Source of the DNA: Chlorokybus atmophyticus
Lineage: Eukaryota; Plantae; Mesostigma and Chlorokybus algae
Direction of reading: 5' to 3'
Assembly: GCA_009103225.1 (NCBI GenBank)
Contig: RHPI01001737.1
Location: 124,001 to 188,000 of the forward strand
DNA length: 64,000 nucleotides
Each line of letters opens with the position of its first letter. The stretch's first letter is position 1. Shown here piece by piece: positions 47,600 through 60,883 of the stretch. The notes under the pieces were generated by a model. That model had not been told where the DNA came from. It made no database searches and saw only the letters and a list, made by a program, of their open reading frames with translations. A program made the position numbers and the translations under genes.

Positions 47600-49440
47600 T
47601 TGGTAAACGAGGCCCTAAGGCCTTGCGGGAAGCCAATTGCCGACTGCAAGCAGTCAAACGTAGCTTCCCTGGGCTGCACGTGCCTGGCGTGCATGATTAC
47701 GTCGGTGATGCGGCGTTCATTATGGCGTTTGAACACCGCGCATTCATGAAGGCAAGTTGCTTGTTTGTGGGATGAAACTGTGAGCGCTCAACCTCATGCA
47801 TGCACACCCGCGTGCACACGCGAGCACACGCGCTAGCTCGCACGCTCACATTCATTGGCACGGATACGCACGTGCACACTAGCATGGAGGCACGCAAGCA
47901 CGCAGCTAATGCACGCACGCACGTCTTACACACGGTTTGTCGTCCTTTGTCACATGCACACAAGCGAACGCACGCACTCTTTCTCTCCCTCCCTCCCTCC
48001 CTCCCTCTCTCCCTCTCTCTCTCTCTCTCTGGAGGGGGAGAGGGAGAGAGGGAGAGAGGGAGGGAGGGAGAGAGAGAGAGCATCTCTGGCACTATCTTAC
48101 TCACTCGCATGTGTTTTTGCAGGTGATTATCCCAGTCCTTGCTGGCGTGTTCTCGCTGCCAAGTGGCAGCGACCCGGTCTTAAAGATAATCAAATCATTT
48201 TTAATTGGTATGGAGCAGCATTTGTGCTGCACGATACCAATGGCTACACCGAAGCCGACTTGGCAGAAGTGCGCACCTTATGAAAGGCTGCAGCTGCCGC
48301 AATCAAGGCCACTTTTTGCATGCAAAAGTCAAAATGGAGAATGTGGAGATGCCATTGGTGTTCTCGATTCTCTGACTCTATTAGATTGAAAGGAACCCCC
48401 CGCGAGTATGATGCAAACGCGGGCGAGAAGAAGCATAAGCAAGTGGCGAAAGCGCCTTATCGGTAAGCATCCAACAGCATCTGTATCTGCATCAGTGTTG
48501 TTAAGGTGACGCATGCATCTTCAGTTGCCCTGATGCTGGTTAACATGCGACATGCAGAGCATCCAATAAGAAGGACGTCGGGCCGCAGCTGGTCAAGCAC
48601 ATGGCAACAAGGGAGGCTGTGGCAGATGCAACAAACGATTTGGAGGCCACTGACGTCTTTGCAAGGGCTCACAAGCGCAGACCCCGTGCATAGAAAGAGC
48701 AGGCCACCGAGCACGCAGCACAGGTGCTTGGCTCTATGCGTCCAACGGCCACTTATCTGCGTAATCTTGAGCCGCAAGCATTGCAGCGGCGTCGATGCGA
48801 ACAAGACCCGGCCATCAGAACAACACCCGAAGTCACCCACTTATCCAATCTGCTGCCCAAGCGACTACGCGAACAGATGCCAGAAGAACCATGGCGCGCT
48901 GAGGTGCGTGCATTCGACATGATATGCTGGCAATTAGCTAAGCTTATGCATGCATCATGAGTGTTAAGTGGTTGGTGCTCCTGCTGATTAGAATGTGCAC
49001 TCAGGCGTTCAGAGCAGGAGGTCAGAGTTGCTGGATGCGTGCATACGGTGGCGTTGAGATATTGTCCGGTCAGGTGGGGACGGAAGCAGCCTGTGCGATG
49101 CCGCCGTTTCATAGGAAACCACGCTTTGATAAGGTAATCATTGATGCTGGCGACGGTGCACGCTGGCTAGCACACCTGCGCATGCTGTTTTGCTGTGTTG
49201 CACCCCGTGGTGAGCCACAGCCTGCGTATGCATGTGTGCGTTGGTACGAAGAGGTGCATGTCAACAACAATCCTGAGGGGTTACCCATTTACGTCGGGTT
49301 ACAAGAAGGGTCCGACGCGAAACAGTGCCTTACATTGATGTAGTGTTGGTGACTACCATTCTTTGCTTGGCTCATATCATCCCAGACTTCAACACACCGG
49401 GGTACTTTTATTGGCATAAGGACTATTTTTATTGGATGCA
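47600..49440 (+). pseudogene. C-terminal half of a Plavaka/CACTA(EnSpm)-type transposase with introns
   Basis: KRSFPGLHVPG, AFEHRAFMK|VIIPVLAG, EYDANAGEKKHKQVAKAPYR|ASNKKDVGPQL, PFHRKPRFDKVII, HLRMLF, AYACVRWYE, LAHIIPDF. Introns 47752-48122 (GC-AG) and 48463-48557 (GT-AG). Family call is from recalled motif patterns. Confidence 0.72.
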
Positions 49441-50339
49441 TTTAATGTTAATGTGGCAATGCAGCAACCATCATGATGCAGTGCAGCATACATATATGAA
49501 ACATATACACCCACACACCACCGGTAGAAATGGGTTTCGGCAGTTCAGGTTGGATCCGCAACTTTTTAATGGACGAAGCCGAACATCATTTGCGGATTTC
49601 GCAAACTTTATGGCGGATCCGTATACATTGTGTAGCTGCAGCCGGAAATTTATTGTGACCTGTCACAAACGGCAATTCGCCGGTGACGGTCGTAAACACG
49701 GAACAGTGTTGGAGATTCAGTGTTTACGTAATCAAGGGTTCAGGCCGTGAGAAAAACTTGTGTAAGTTGCAATTACAGTTGTGACCAATTCGCTAACAAT
49801 GCGTCTTACTCCCTAACGCAATAGAGGACTCAATGATAACATTAAAATGCATTTAGGCATGCTAAAGCTGTACACATCATTATTGAAGTTGTGACCGGTT
49901 CCAACAACGACATGAGACTTCATACTTAACAAAATTGGAACGCTAGGATTGATCCTTTCATTATTACAAACCATGATAATTTCACGACCTCATCATTGCC
50001 AAATTGCCGGTTCAACCCCGCGGCTATTCATGGCTTGCTCGTGGCCTGGTAGTAGCAGGCCGCGGGGAAAGCAAGTTGAAGGCTGCGACTTGTATAATCA
50101 TTAGTAAACCGTGGTAGCATAGAGGTAAACATGTAAAGACTTGACCCCAACTCCGCAAACAACCTTGCGCCAGCAGGTGACGCATGGCGCATAATGCAAA
50201 TATCTACCGATGATCTCGCGCTGTGATTGGATCGAACGGCAAGTCGAACAAAGTCTCCCTCCCCAAGTCACCTCTATAGTCGTAAATTCCACCTTCACCT
50301 TTATCCTTTTTATACTAGTGGTATATATATGAATACCGC

Positions 50340-50437
50340 GAAATATATACACATGTATATAAAAGTATATATCTATGTATGTATATCTATGTATATGTAT
50401 ATGTATATATATACGTATGTATATGTATATGTATACG

Positions 50438-50469
<32 letters not shown>

Positions 50470-50470
50470 T
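50340..50470. repeat. (TA)n / TATG low-complexity tract; similar TG/TA tracts at ~51215-51342
   Basis: Direct reading. Confidence 0.9.
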
Positions 50471-50740
50471 GTGTATTTACATACACCGGTAGTGCCATTG
50501 TATGCTGTTGGTGCATGTGTGATGCATGCATTGCGGCATGTGCGCTGTTAAGTGTATATTATTATACAAATGCGTTGCAGGGAGCCTAGTGATGTCGTAG
50601 TCTAGCCGGTCAATGTTTAGATCGTATGCTGTTGCTTACTAACCCATCAGATTCCTTCGCGCAAGTTCGAACCTCGGCGATGGAGGTACGAAAAGCCCTG
50701 TGCGGTGGCTCTTTTGGTTTTTTGCCGCAAACTGCTTCTT

Positions 50741-51127
50741 ACATGATCCAACCAAAAAGTGTTAGTGTAAGATGTGGCTATTATTAAGTTCAAGAGAAGA
50801 CGGATACCGAACTTAATGCGCACCAGTTAGTTGACCTTAATAGCAGCTCGATACCAAACAAAGTTTTTGCTGTAGCTGCAAAAAGTGCAAAAATGGATAT
50901 GTTGCTTGCATATGCGGCCGTAACGTTTCTGGTTGGAAGATTAATCTTCTTTATACATGATCTAACCAAAAAGTGTTAGTGTAGGATGTGGCTCTTATTA
51001 AGTTCAAGAAAAGACGGATACCGAACTTGATGCACACCAGCTAGTTGACCTTAATGGCAACTCGATAAAAAACAAAGTTGTGGCTGCAGCCGCAAAGAGT
51101 GCAAAAATGGATATGTTGCTTGCATAT
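50741..51127 (+). repeat. Two 173 bp direct repeats (50741-50913 and 50955-51127)
   Basis: ACATGATC..AACCAAAAAGTGTTAGTG...GGATATGTTGCTTGCATAT occurs twice with substitutions. Confidence 0.92.
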
Positions 51128-51703
51128 AGAGCCCTAATTAAGTTATAGCTGGATCTCCAAGGCCGAACTGTTGGGGGGCCATTTTTACCGGTGCACACGC
51201 GCACGCGCACACGCACATGTGTGTGTGTGTGTGTGTGTATATGTATGTATACTAATAAAAAAGATGTTTTAAAATATGCATATATATATAGGTCATATAC
51301 ATATATATATATATATATATATNTGTGTGTGTGTGTGTGTGTACAGCTTATTTGGATTTATATACAACAAAGCGATGCAAGTGCCAACCCAAAGTTTGCA
51401 CAGTGTTGCATTAGCGCTACACAAACAGTAAATAAACAATGCTGTTGTATAAATACAAGTAAACAGTTTGTAAACACATGCACATGGAGCTGAGCATGTT
51501 GTGTCACTTTACGAGCTATACATGCACTTTATCAAGCAGCATATAAATATACGGAGCATGATAACAAATAGTAATAAATAAATAGTAAACACTTCATTCT
51601 TGCTTTGCATCGCTGCACCACAACGAGAAAATAACAGTTTTAAGACGATACTATTTGCAAGTCGCTTGCAAACCGTTTACTAACATCTTGTCTATTTCCA
51701 GAT

Positions 51704-54057
51704 GGGTGTCATACACTCTTGTGCGGTCCGCTAGGTTGGCAATAGCATCGTAGTGAAGTCCGCAAACTCATGCACACCCTTGTAGTTGGTGAATGCCCAT
51801 TTGGGGGGTGGGTCAGCCGCCCATAGTAGCTTGTACCCGTACTCCACCCACGACAAGACCATAGTAGACTCGTCAGATCGCTGCCATGCTGTCAAGGCCT
51901 CCCGTAAGCGGTGCCTCATGTATGGACCTTTCACAACCAAGTTGCTAGGTGCGTGTGCAAACTCATGGTGTTTCATCCAGTCCTCCACCAACTTCAACTC
52001 AAGTGTAGTCGAGAGCCATCGTGCACGCTACCTCCAATTGTACCCTTCGCATAAGCAACAAGTGAGTGCAAGCATTCCCATTTTGTAACTTTTGCAAACG
52101 ATATCCGATTAGGACGTTTAATGTGTAAGAAGAAAGCGTTTTTCAACGCTAAAACCGCAGAGTGGTTAAAATACTAGGAGTTTGTGTCTATCCGGGGCGT
52201 TAAACGAAAGTTATGAGCCCAACCACGTGCAACTATGGCAAATCGCGTTCAACTGATACGTTTTTTGGCTTTGAATGAGCGTCACTATGTCACAACAATG
52301 AACCCAAAGTCTCATACCATGTGGAGGTCCTCTAGACCTCAAAAAGAATACATAGGCATTACATGCGCACAAGTATATAGCTACTAAGCTGTTATGACAC
52401 AAGTACGGTTTTGGGGGGGGCTGCAGCCGGAAATTTATTGTGACCTGTCACAAACGGCAATTCGCCGGTGACGGTCGTAAACACGGAACAGTGTTGGAGA
52501 TTCAGTGTTTACGTAATCAAGGGTTCAGGCCGTGAGAAAAACTTGTGTAAGTTGCAATTACAGTTGTGACCAANCCACGTCCTTCAACGCCTTCTTTAAG
52601 CGCTTTGCCTCATCATCATCCACTGCGTGGGGGTTGCGCACCAGCTCGTCCACGACCTTCCAATCATGCTTGTTAGCCACATATTAGAATCGCTTACACA
52701 CCTCATCCGATGATGCGCATAGAGCACACATGAGCAACGCGCGTTGCATGTTCATTCGGGCTTAAAGCCACCGGGTCTAGCGCCAAGCGCACCCCAAATC
52801 CATTCCCGTACCTATCATGTGCATATGCGCATGCAAATGCAGATGTTGTGCCATGTTGTGCTCGTTCCCTTGCTGTGGGGTAGTCATTATGTGAAAACAG
52901 GGTGAACATACAATGGTGTTAAATGCGGGCCCCTCCCCCCCTACCGGTCATGGGAGGAGGAGGGATGCGGAACACATGTAACCAATGGCATGACTGTGCA
53001 TATATATAGATATCGGGCTGGCGCCTTAGTAAGGCCCGTGATGCACGCATGTGCAAGTGTGCGCGGGCCAAGTCCGCACCCACATAATGACTTGCCTATA
53101 TGCGCGTGCCGATGGCGATGCGCAGCAAACAATGAGCTCACCTTTCATGTTCTCTTTGCGGCCTTTAACGAAGTGGGGGGTCCTCAGCGAGGTGAGCGGC
53201 AACATGATGGAAGGAGGATGCTGCCGAGCCGAGATGCGCCGCAACCCAGAGGTGTTGTCGAGCCCTCTTTTTCAAGTTCTCCTTCCAAGGGGTAACGGGC
53301 TCGCCGAAGCGGGTGGCCATGGCTCCCACTCGAGTGTTGGGGGTGGAGTCGCCGTTGTTACGACGAAGAATGCTCACAAGTAGGGGGTGGCTGGGCTCGT
53401 CAATGGGCTCATCACGACGGATAGCGGGCGCCTTCCCACACTTGAGGCGCATGATCTCCGCCTCCAACTCCTCCAATGTCCGCGTCATTGCCTCTATGGT
53501 GTCATGGATGGGGTGGAAGCGTTGGAGAGCGGGCTTGCCTCCCTCTTCCTACTCTTGTAAGTGACGAAGGGCGGGTCCTCGTCGTCCTCATCCTCCTCAC
53601 CACCACCGTCACCCTCCTTGTTTACCTCCTCCTCTCCCCTCCCCGCGGGGGGGCGCACCTCTCCCTCCTCCCTCGCCGCTCTCCTTTCCTCCTCCTCACT
53701 CAAGGTATAGCGACGCGGATTCTTAGCCCGCGACAAGCGATTGGCGGCTAGCAACGTCGCGGACGTGGCCGCCACCTCCTCTGCATTATAGTGGGCACTT
53801 GCTTATGACCGTGTGACCATGGTGGAGGTCCTCCTCCGCCCACACCTCCTCACCACACTCTCCACCCACGTCAAGGGTGGCGCCGCCGTGCTAGAGTTTC
53901 AAGCGATTAGATGAGGAGCTTGTGACTCACAACTCACTCTAATGAATGCTTGTGCCCCCGAGTGCCTATGGCACTAGAGGCACAAGAGTCTCATAACTCA
54001 TTAACAAGTTCTTGAGTTCATGGGCGCGCATTTCATGCGCTTCATGAACTCATATCA
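51704..54057 (-). mobile_element. Third DIRS-like copy (element I): A1, split gag and the start of RT; truncated
   Basis: A repeat ending CATATCA at 54057; gag ...KGRKENMK with GTGAG donor at 53141; exon 2 remnant 52575-52712; RT start LVEDWMKHHEF...YGYKLLW. Confidence 0.88.
52420..52573 (+). other. 154 bp exact copy of 49635-49788 next to an N; probable assembly artefact
   Basis: Identical at offset 2785, between a G run and the N at 52574, where the rest of gag exon 2 of element I should be. Confidence 0.85.
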
Positions 54058-55357
54058 CTCGGCACCAAGCTAGATCAGCCAGCTTCCATCCTTACGTGAA
54101 GACTGCCACCATTCCTTCTTCTTCTCTCCAACCTACACCATAGCCCTAGTAAAAATGCAATGCTCTCACCCTTTTTGCTATTCGCGCTCCTGGAGGTGGA
54201 TGTCTTCCCTTCCTCCCCCGAGGACATTGGTGCTTGAAGTGACCACGCTCGCCACAACGCCAACACTCCTTGCCGCTACCACGAGTGCCTTTGTTCACCA
54301 TAAAAGCTGTAGCTGCTCCTGATCCTTCTTCCCACCCTTCTATCCGCAAGCGCTGCTCCTTTTTAAAAAGCCGTGGTCACGCCATCAAGTGTCAATTCCT
54401 GCATGGCAGACTCCATAATGGTCACCACCACCCTGTACTCCTTTGGCAACCCAGAAAGTACAACCCACACTACTTCTTGCTGAACTCGTGCCCAACACGC
54501 AACAAGTCTGCCACAGCGCCTTTGCTTGCGCCACAAACTTCGTGATAAGCTCTCCACTCTCCTTGCGCAATGCATTTGAACCTTGCCTCAACTGCAGCCT
54601 CCTCGCCATGTTTCAAGCTTTGAAGTGACTCTCAAGCTTTGCCCAAAACTCTTTTGCACCTTTGCACTCTCTCACCTCATCGAGTAATGCTAAGCAACGT
54701 GCAAACCCAGCAATTCTAAAGCCTTCTGCCCACACTGCCTCTTTTCCTGACGGCACCTCCTCTTCGGAATCCACATACTTCCACATATCTTTGTGTACCA
54801 GCAACAACTCCATTTTTATGCTCTATGCATTGTATACCACATCAAATGGCTCGGCAGTGACCTTCATGTTGTCCATGCCTCCGGTATTTAGTTGCCCCTC
54901 CACTACTTGAAACCTATTCCCCTACCAACAACCACAACTTTACGCGCGCCCAAGTATGTGTGGGCCCATAAACTGTTAAGAACTGATGTGCATGTATGCG
55001 ACCTACCATACATGCGCTCACGCTAGGGGAACATTAAGTGTAACATACAAACATGTTAACATCAAAGAGAAATGTACTGCAATTCCACTTGTATGCGTTA
55101 CATACTGTGACTTACATACTAAGCTAGTTAACACTAGAAAGAACTAGTCAACTCCAGTTGGTGTCAACACTAGTCAACACTAATCAACGATCAAAGTCAA
55201 AGTTGACCATAATTGTCGTAACTCCCATAACTCCCATAACTCCTGTTGATTGTAACTCCCATAGCATAACCGCCGCACATGGTCTAAGTAACATTAACAA
55301 GCTGACCATATAACAAGCATACTATACTAGCAAACCTCATATGCTTAACCTTCAACA
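54058..55357 (-). mobile_element. 5' part of a copia-derived element (H): LTR, PBS and degenerate gag
   Basis: LTR 55357-54974 (TGTTG...TTAACA), PBS GTTTATGGGCCCAC, gag MELLLVHKDMWKYVD...ECWRCGERGHFKHQC. Cut by DIRS element I. Confidence 0.88.
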
Positions 55358-55941
55358 GAAACCACCAGAGCAAGGTCAGGCATGGCATGGTTGAACCTGA
55401 TGCGACAACTATGAGGAGGAAACAAGGAGTATTGGTATTGTGTAGCACTGCTGGCAGCACAAGAAGAAGGATGGTGTCATGGAGACAAGCATCAAGTTTA
55501 AGGGAGCAACACATCCGTGGGAGCGTTTAATGGAGTGAGTTAATGTGGGTAAGCTTGCACGAAGAACTTGGAGTTCAAAGTTAAGCCGCTCGCGTGGGAG
55601 TGTTAAAGATTATAAGTTTGTTGAAGGTACATGTATAGGCGAGGCCTACATGTAGTTGGCACGATCACCTTAACCTTAATTATACGAGAGTTACAAAAGT
55701 TGTGGCATCTATGGTCAACGGCCGATATCGTCACCCATGGTCAACTGTAACTTTGACCAAAGTTGAATAGAGTAGATTAGTGCTTCATAGCATATAATGT
55801 ATAAGGCACTGTATACTACTTAATACAATGGGTTGCACATTGTCTCTATAGTTGGCGTGCTCCCTGCTCTTGTCCTTCGTGTGTGCACACGTGTATTTAA
55901 GAGGGGCATACACACACTAAGCGCATCACTAGTTCTCAACA
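55358..55941 (+). mobile_element. 3' end of a second D-family element: internal segment, PPT-like site and LTR 55601-55941
   Basis: 55358-55600 matches ~41060-41303; GCTCGCGTGGGAG|TGTTAAA; ends GTTCTCAACA. Confidence 0.88.
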
Positions 55942-58399
55942 AATCCGATAACAAATATGGTCAAAGAGATAGAGGTTAAAGAGGTTAAAAGAGGTTAAAG
56001 AGATAGAAGATAGTTAAAGAGATCTGCATGAGAAGTGGTATGGGTGCCGCGCCTCGAAGGGTATTAAAAAATCTTTAACTTAGTCTTTTAAGGGCAAAGA
56101 TATATTGGTCCCTTTGTGTGGAATTGTACTTATGCAAGTAAATTTAAACGCATCGCATGTGAAATGCTGCTGGCTAAAGTAATCGGGGTGGGAAGGACAT
56201 CAATAGTCTTAACGTATGGGGTTGGATTATGTCTCATCCACTTCAAGCAACCCTAGATAGCAAGGTCCATATGTTCCGACTAATATTGTAACGGCTGCAC
56301 GGGATGCCAACTAGGTTGTTAAATGTCTTTAATTGTTGATTGTGACTTTAATGTGACTCAATTGCATCCAAGCCGGCGTATGCTTCAAGCAAATTGTGCG
56401 TTACCGCGGTTGGGCTATGATGGATATATGTAGTTGATATTTGCTTCATATGCATCAATGCCATTATGTATGCGCGCATAATGCCCGCATTGCAGTACTC
56501 ATACTGTATGCATGAGACCATGCGCGCATCTAAGGTTTAAATGACCCCTTTGTGCTACTTCATTGCCAAAACCATGCCCTTACCACAAAATAAGTGCCAT
56601 TATACACGGCGTATCACACCGAGTTGTGAATGGTAACGCGCGGTGCAAAATGGTATTGAACTCGGGGCAAAGGTATTTTCGTGGCAATGAGGGAAGCATA
56701 GTCATGTTCATTTGATCAATCATGAAGCATGCACACGCATGCATTTAATATTGTGAAAGTGAGTAGTACTTGTTGACGAGTAATTACTTGAAATGTCGTA
56801 TGTATGTGCACGCATATTCAACGCATGCATTATACATGTGTACTGCATATCAAAAAATGCTCGCATGCCGCATGGTGCAACTGGGATACTCGCCTCATTA
56901 AGGGGCCATTTGGTTTGCGATACATCATTGTGATGTTAATGATGTTGCAATGTGGAGGTTAAGCAATATGAAAATGCGGAGGGATTAAGCAATGTCGGTT
57001 TATTTTTCAGTACTTACCTCCATGCGGACCTTGCAAACGGTTGGCTTGCACTCAGAATTGCCGCAATGGGTCGATCGCGTCTCCATCTTTGCTGATGCTG
57101 ATAAGATTTGTCTCTCCACCCGTCTAGTAGCTTTGAAGGAGGACAAGTCTTTGAATGAAGTATAATATAAGGATTTGTTCGGACTGTGATAAAGCGATGA
57201 GTGATCATTGCCGTGATGGCAGGGTATAGCGCCTTTCATTAAGCCACGCCGGGGTTACCACCTTTCGGCTAAGACCCACAAATTGGAAGATTCCAAACGC
57301 GTGCTTGACCGCCGTTACTTTCATGCCGCTAATAATGGGGCGCTGCTGTGCGAGGAAATGTAAGCCGAACTGATTGGTGCCATGAAGCGGAACGAATATT
57401 ATATTCAAAAAACAATTGACAAGCTTGGGGAACATATAAAAAAGGGGCGGCCATGTTCCACGCGGGTGACTTCAAGAACGTGTGGGCGTTTGTGACGGTG
57501 CTCGTGCCTTGTCACCTATGAGTTCCCTCTCACCAAGACACGGTTCACACCGGAACCTGCCCCCCTTCTGCCAAGCACACACGCGCGCCCCGCCACTCGC
57601 GTACGCACGCGCATGCGCTCCAAGCTACACACCAACTTGTGTAGCGCCTTGGATCGTCATACAAGCAAGCACACACCAGTGGACACACGCTAGCAATCCT
57701 TGCTAACCACCACCAAGCTTGCACACCCGAAACTAGGGAGTGTATTGCAAATTGTAGAATGCCACTCTTATACCTACCAGTCTGCACATGCTACTGTTTA
57801 GACGATTTCAACGCTAGACGGAACTAGAAGCTAAGGTATTCTTGAAGAATCTTGTAGTACACTTCTAGACCTTTCCGACGCACCAAAGATCTCCTCATTT
57901 GCTGCTCATATGGTCAAGTTATACTGCTTGGCGCCAGGCCCTTCCCGAAATCTGGTCTCGACTGGTCCTCCGGTTTCTGGCGTCTTCCCGACTAGCCCTG
58001 GGCCGGTCAATATCTGCGGCAGACTCGCAACTCGCCGATATCCGCCACAAGTCATGAAAAACATGGTATCTCACAAGTAAGGCCTAAAATGGCCATGAAA
58101 ATTACGAAAGTTGGCCTTGACTGTTACAGCGTGGCTAAAACAAACCAGAAATCAACGTCGTCTTTTTGTAAAAATACACCATATAGTATTACAATTGAAG
58201 TTACTATTGTATGGTCATGTGAGAATTAAAAGGCGGTGATTCAAAAACACTGCGGCGACTTAGCAATGAATAACTCAATGCACAGCCTAAACAGTAAGTA
58301 TACATGAAGGATGTGTTACGTATGACAATGCACCCGCAACTCGAGAATATAGATATATTCTCGAGTTGCGGGTGCATTGTCATACGCAGCCGTACACTG

Positions 58400-59490
58400 G
58401 TCCGCGTTTACCCAAGCCGCCGTTGCTATGCGGGCGGGACGTGCTAATGGGGAGGACGATTTGCCGGTGGACTTATACAAAGTTATATGCAGAAGCAACG
58501 CTACACACGATACAGATGAACCTACGAAATTGGCGATAAAGGCTCTCTGCCGCTCAATGACCCGCATGTGCGGGGATTTCAGCATGCCTCGCGCGTGAAA
58601 CATCGCGAATATGGTGTCAATCTTGCCAAAAGGTGATGATGTAGATTATGGCAATTGGACGGGAATATCACTAATATCACTAATAGTAGCCTATTATAAT
58701 GTACCGAGTACACTAAAACTCATATGCAAAGTCTTAACTACGAGATTGACAAAAGCATGTGAGGAAGCGCGGATCCTTAATCACTTTCAAGCTTTGTTCC
58801 AACATGGGAGGATTGAAACCTTTGAACCTATGTTTTTTTTTTTTTTTAAAAACGCTCGAGTGAGTCTTAATTAAGACGTTGATACATAAACTAGAAGATA
58901 TCGGAGTTCAGGGTTGCCCCAAGGTTTCTTCAAGGCTTCGTACACGAGATCGGAGGTGAGGGGTTTACTAGTGGTGTTTGATACCGGGCTGGAGGCAGCG
59001 TATAGCAGAGTTTCTACTTGCTAATGACTTAGCTTTGTCTAGCTTAACCATCGCGAGGCCTACATTGTTGTTTAAAGCTTTCAATTAAGCTCGATAAAAT
59101 GAGATAACATCTGACATCTGATTTGTTTGAAGTTTGATGTTGTACGTGTGGCAAATCCGGAAGATAGAAAGTACCCTTGCCGGTTTGACCGCCCGAAAGT
59201 GTTAATAGTTAATGACTACCTAAATAGATTTAACTATGACGAAAGATTTGAGCTTTAAATCATGGTAGAGGTCCAAGGAAGCCTTCCTTGAAGGGGTCCT
59301 GCAAGAAGTGTTACAATATAAGGAATTCGTAAAGCGTAGACTTATACCATTAGGGCTGAGAGCCCTCATTTGCAGAAACGCGGTTGTCTCACAAATCACA
59401 TACGGTGGCGAGCTACTGAGTTTCAATAAAACGCCTTGGACAAGCCGCAAGTCATTATTGATAACTCTACACGCACAATGATTGGTAATC
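58400..59490 (+). pseudogene. Degenerate non-LTR (LINE) ORF2 remnant
   Basis: AMRAGRANGEDDLPVDLYK...MPRA*NIANMVSILPKGDD..GNWTGISLIS...KLICKVLTTRL...ILNHFQALF (RT N-terminal motifs). Downstream: RLIPLGLRALICRNAVVSQITYGGELL (post-RT motif). Confidence 0.75.
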
Positions 59491-60883
59491 AAAAAGGCCA
59501 CAACACATCAATTTTCAATGGGGGTTAACGTTGTGATCCAACATGAGTATTCTACCGCTGACGGCAATGTGCGCGCGGGCACACATCCGTGCGGCTCAGA
59601 AATTGCTGAGTCAAAAAACTCTCATGAGTAAGCTCATATTAAGCGTCTCAGCCAATCGGAGCCCCCATACCCCGCCGAGTCGGCGGGGTATATGGGTCTG
59701 ACTTATGAACTGTGGGCACGCGAGTCAAACTTACACTCATAGGGTCAACTTAGGAAAACACTCTGCATGTTGAACAGAGGGCAATGCCCTACCAAAGCAT
59801 GAGGCCTTCCGGTTTTATTTAAACCGGGATGGCGGTGATTCGGTGTCATGGGCTTGTTATGCAAAATGGCGCCCTTAAACGAGAGTGCTTGAAGTACATC
59901 AACTGGTTATCGAGTGAAGCTGAAGGGATGCAATAACTCGCTTTATTGCAAATGGGCGCCATTTGGACTTTTAGACGAGCCTGTCAAAAAGGGTTCTGCG
60001 GGAATCAACTGGCTGAAGTGAATGACTCACCATTTGATTGTGTCAAGTGCGGCGAGGAGGTAGCTGAAAACGTTGTTAAGGATGTACTTGATCCTTGATT
60101 TTATCTTTAAGCTATTGGCGAAGTGTGGTCTTTTGCGGGGGCAAGTAAGGACTCCGGTCTTCAGGCTCCGATCTCGAAGCTTCGAACCATGCAATAGCTT
60201 TATAATTATATAAGCTATTTTAGTCAATAGCCGCAAATCAAGTCATTGGTACCTCCACGCGCATACATATCCTCGTTGTGTACATTACATATACATATTT
60301 AAAGGTGATGGCACGCATCCATACATGATACAATCATATGTATAATCGCAAATCAGGGGACATGCACATGTACGATTGTAACATAAAGGGTTGCTTGGTA
60401 CATGTGGTACGCACCATGTGTACATGAAATGCAAGTGATGTATGTAACAAGCACGACACATGCATAGACACAACATTCAATGTAACAACCACACTCACTC
60501 CAATCATGATCACCGGGCTAGGGCTGTACCTGTATCAATATTAATTGCTCGCCACATATATGCTATGCTGCTATGTGTGGTGAGGGTAGTGGCGAGCATG
60601 TTATATATGCCGTACAATGCCACTTGCAGGCAGGTAATCAATAATCCATTATGAAGTGCTGCATAATGAAACACCCATATCGCATGATGCTTTGCAAAAC
60701 AAGAGCAAAATCCCACACACCACATTTAAGACTTGGTTAAAATAGAGATTACAAATCTAAGGGGCCATGTTACAATTTCCATCAGATTATCAATGTGCAA
60801 GCAAAACACTGCAACTGCAATCTTTGAACATGCACATTGCATGTTTCACATGGTCGTGAGGACATGTTGGAACAACAAGCCGA

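Larger units (their letters stand above)
49519..51193. mobile_element. Non-autonomous CACTA-type TIR element
   Basis: TIRs CACCGGTAGAAATGG and CCATTTTTACCGGTG (14/15 match), 3 bp CAC duplication on both sides, internal tandem repeats, no ORF. Confidence 0.65.

Noticed and set aside
52420-52573. Capture of TIR-element sequence by DIRS I
   Set aside because: 100% identity, bounded by a G homopolymer and an N: the same signature as the 8562 duplication, so most likely gap-filling.
58832-58846. Poly-T as the tail of an antisense SINE inside the LINE remnant
   Set aside because: No TSD, Pol III boxes or second copy could be identified.
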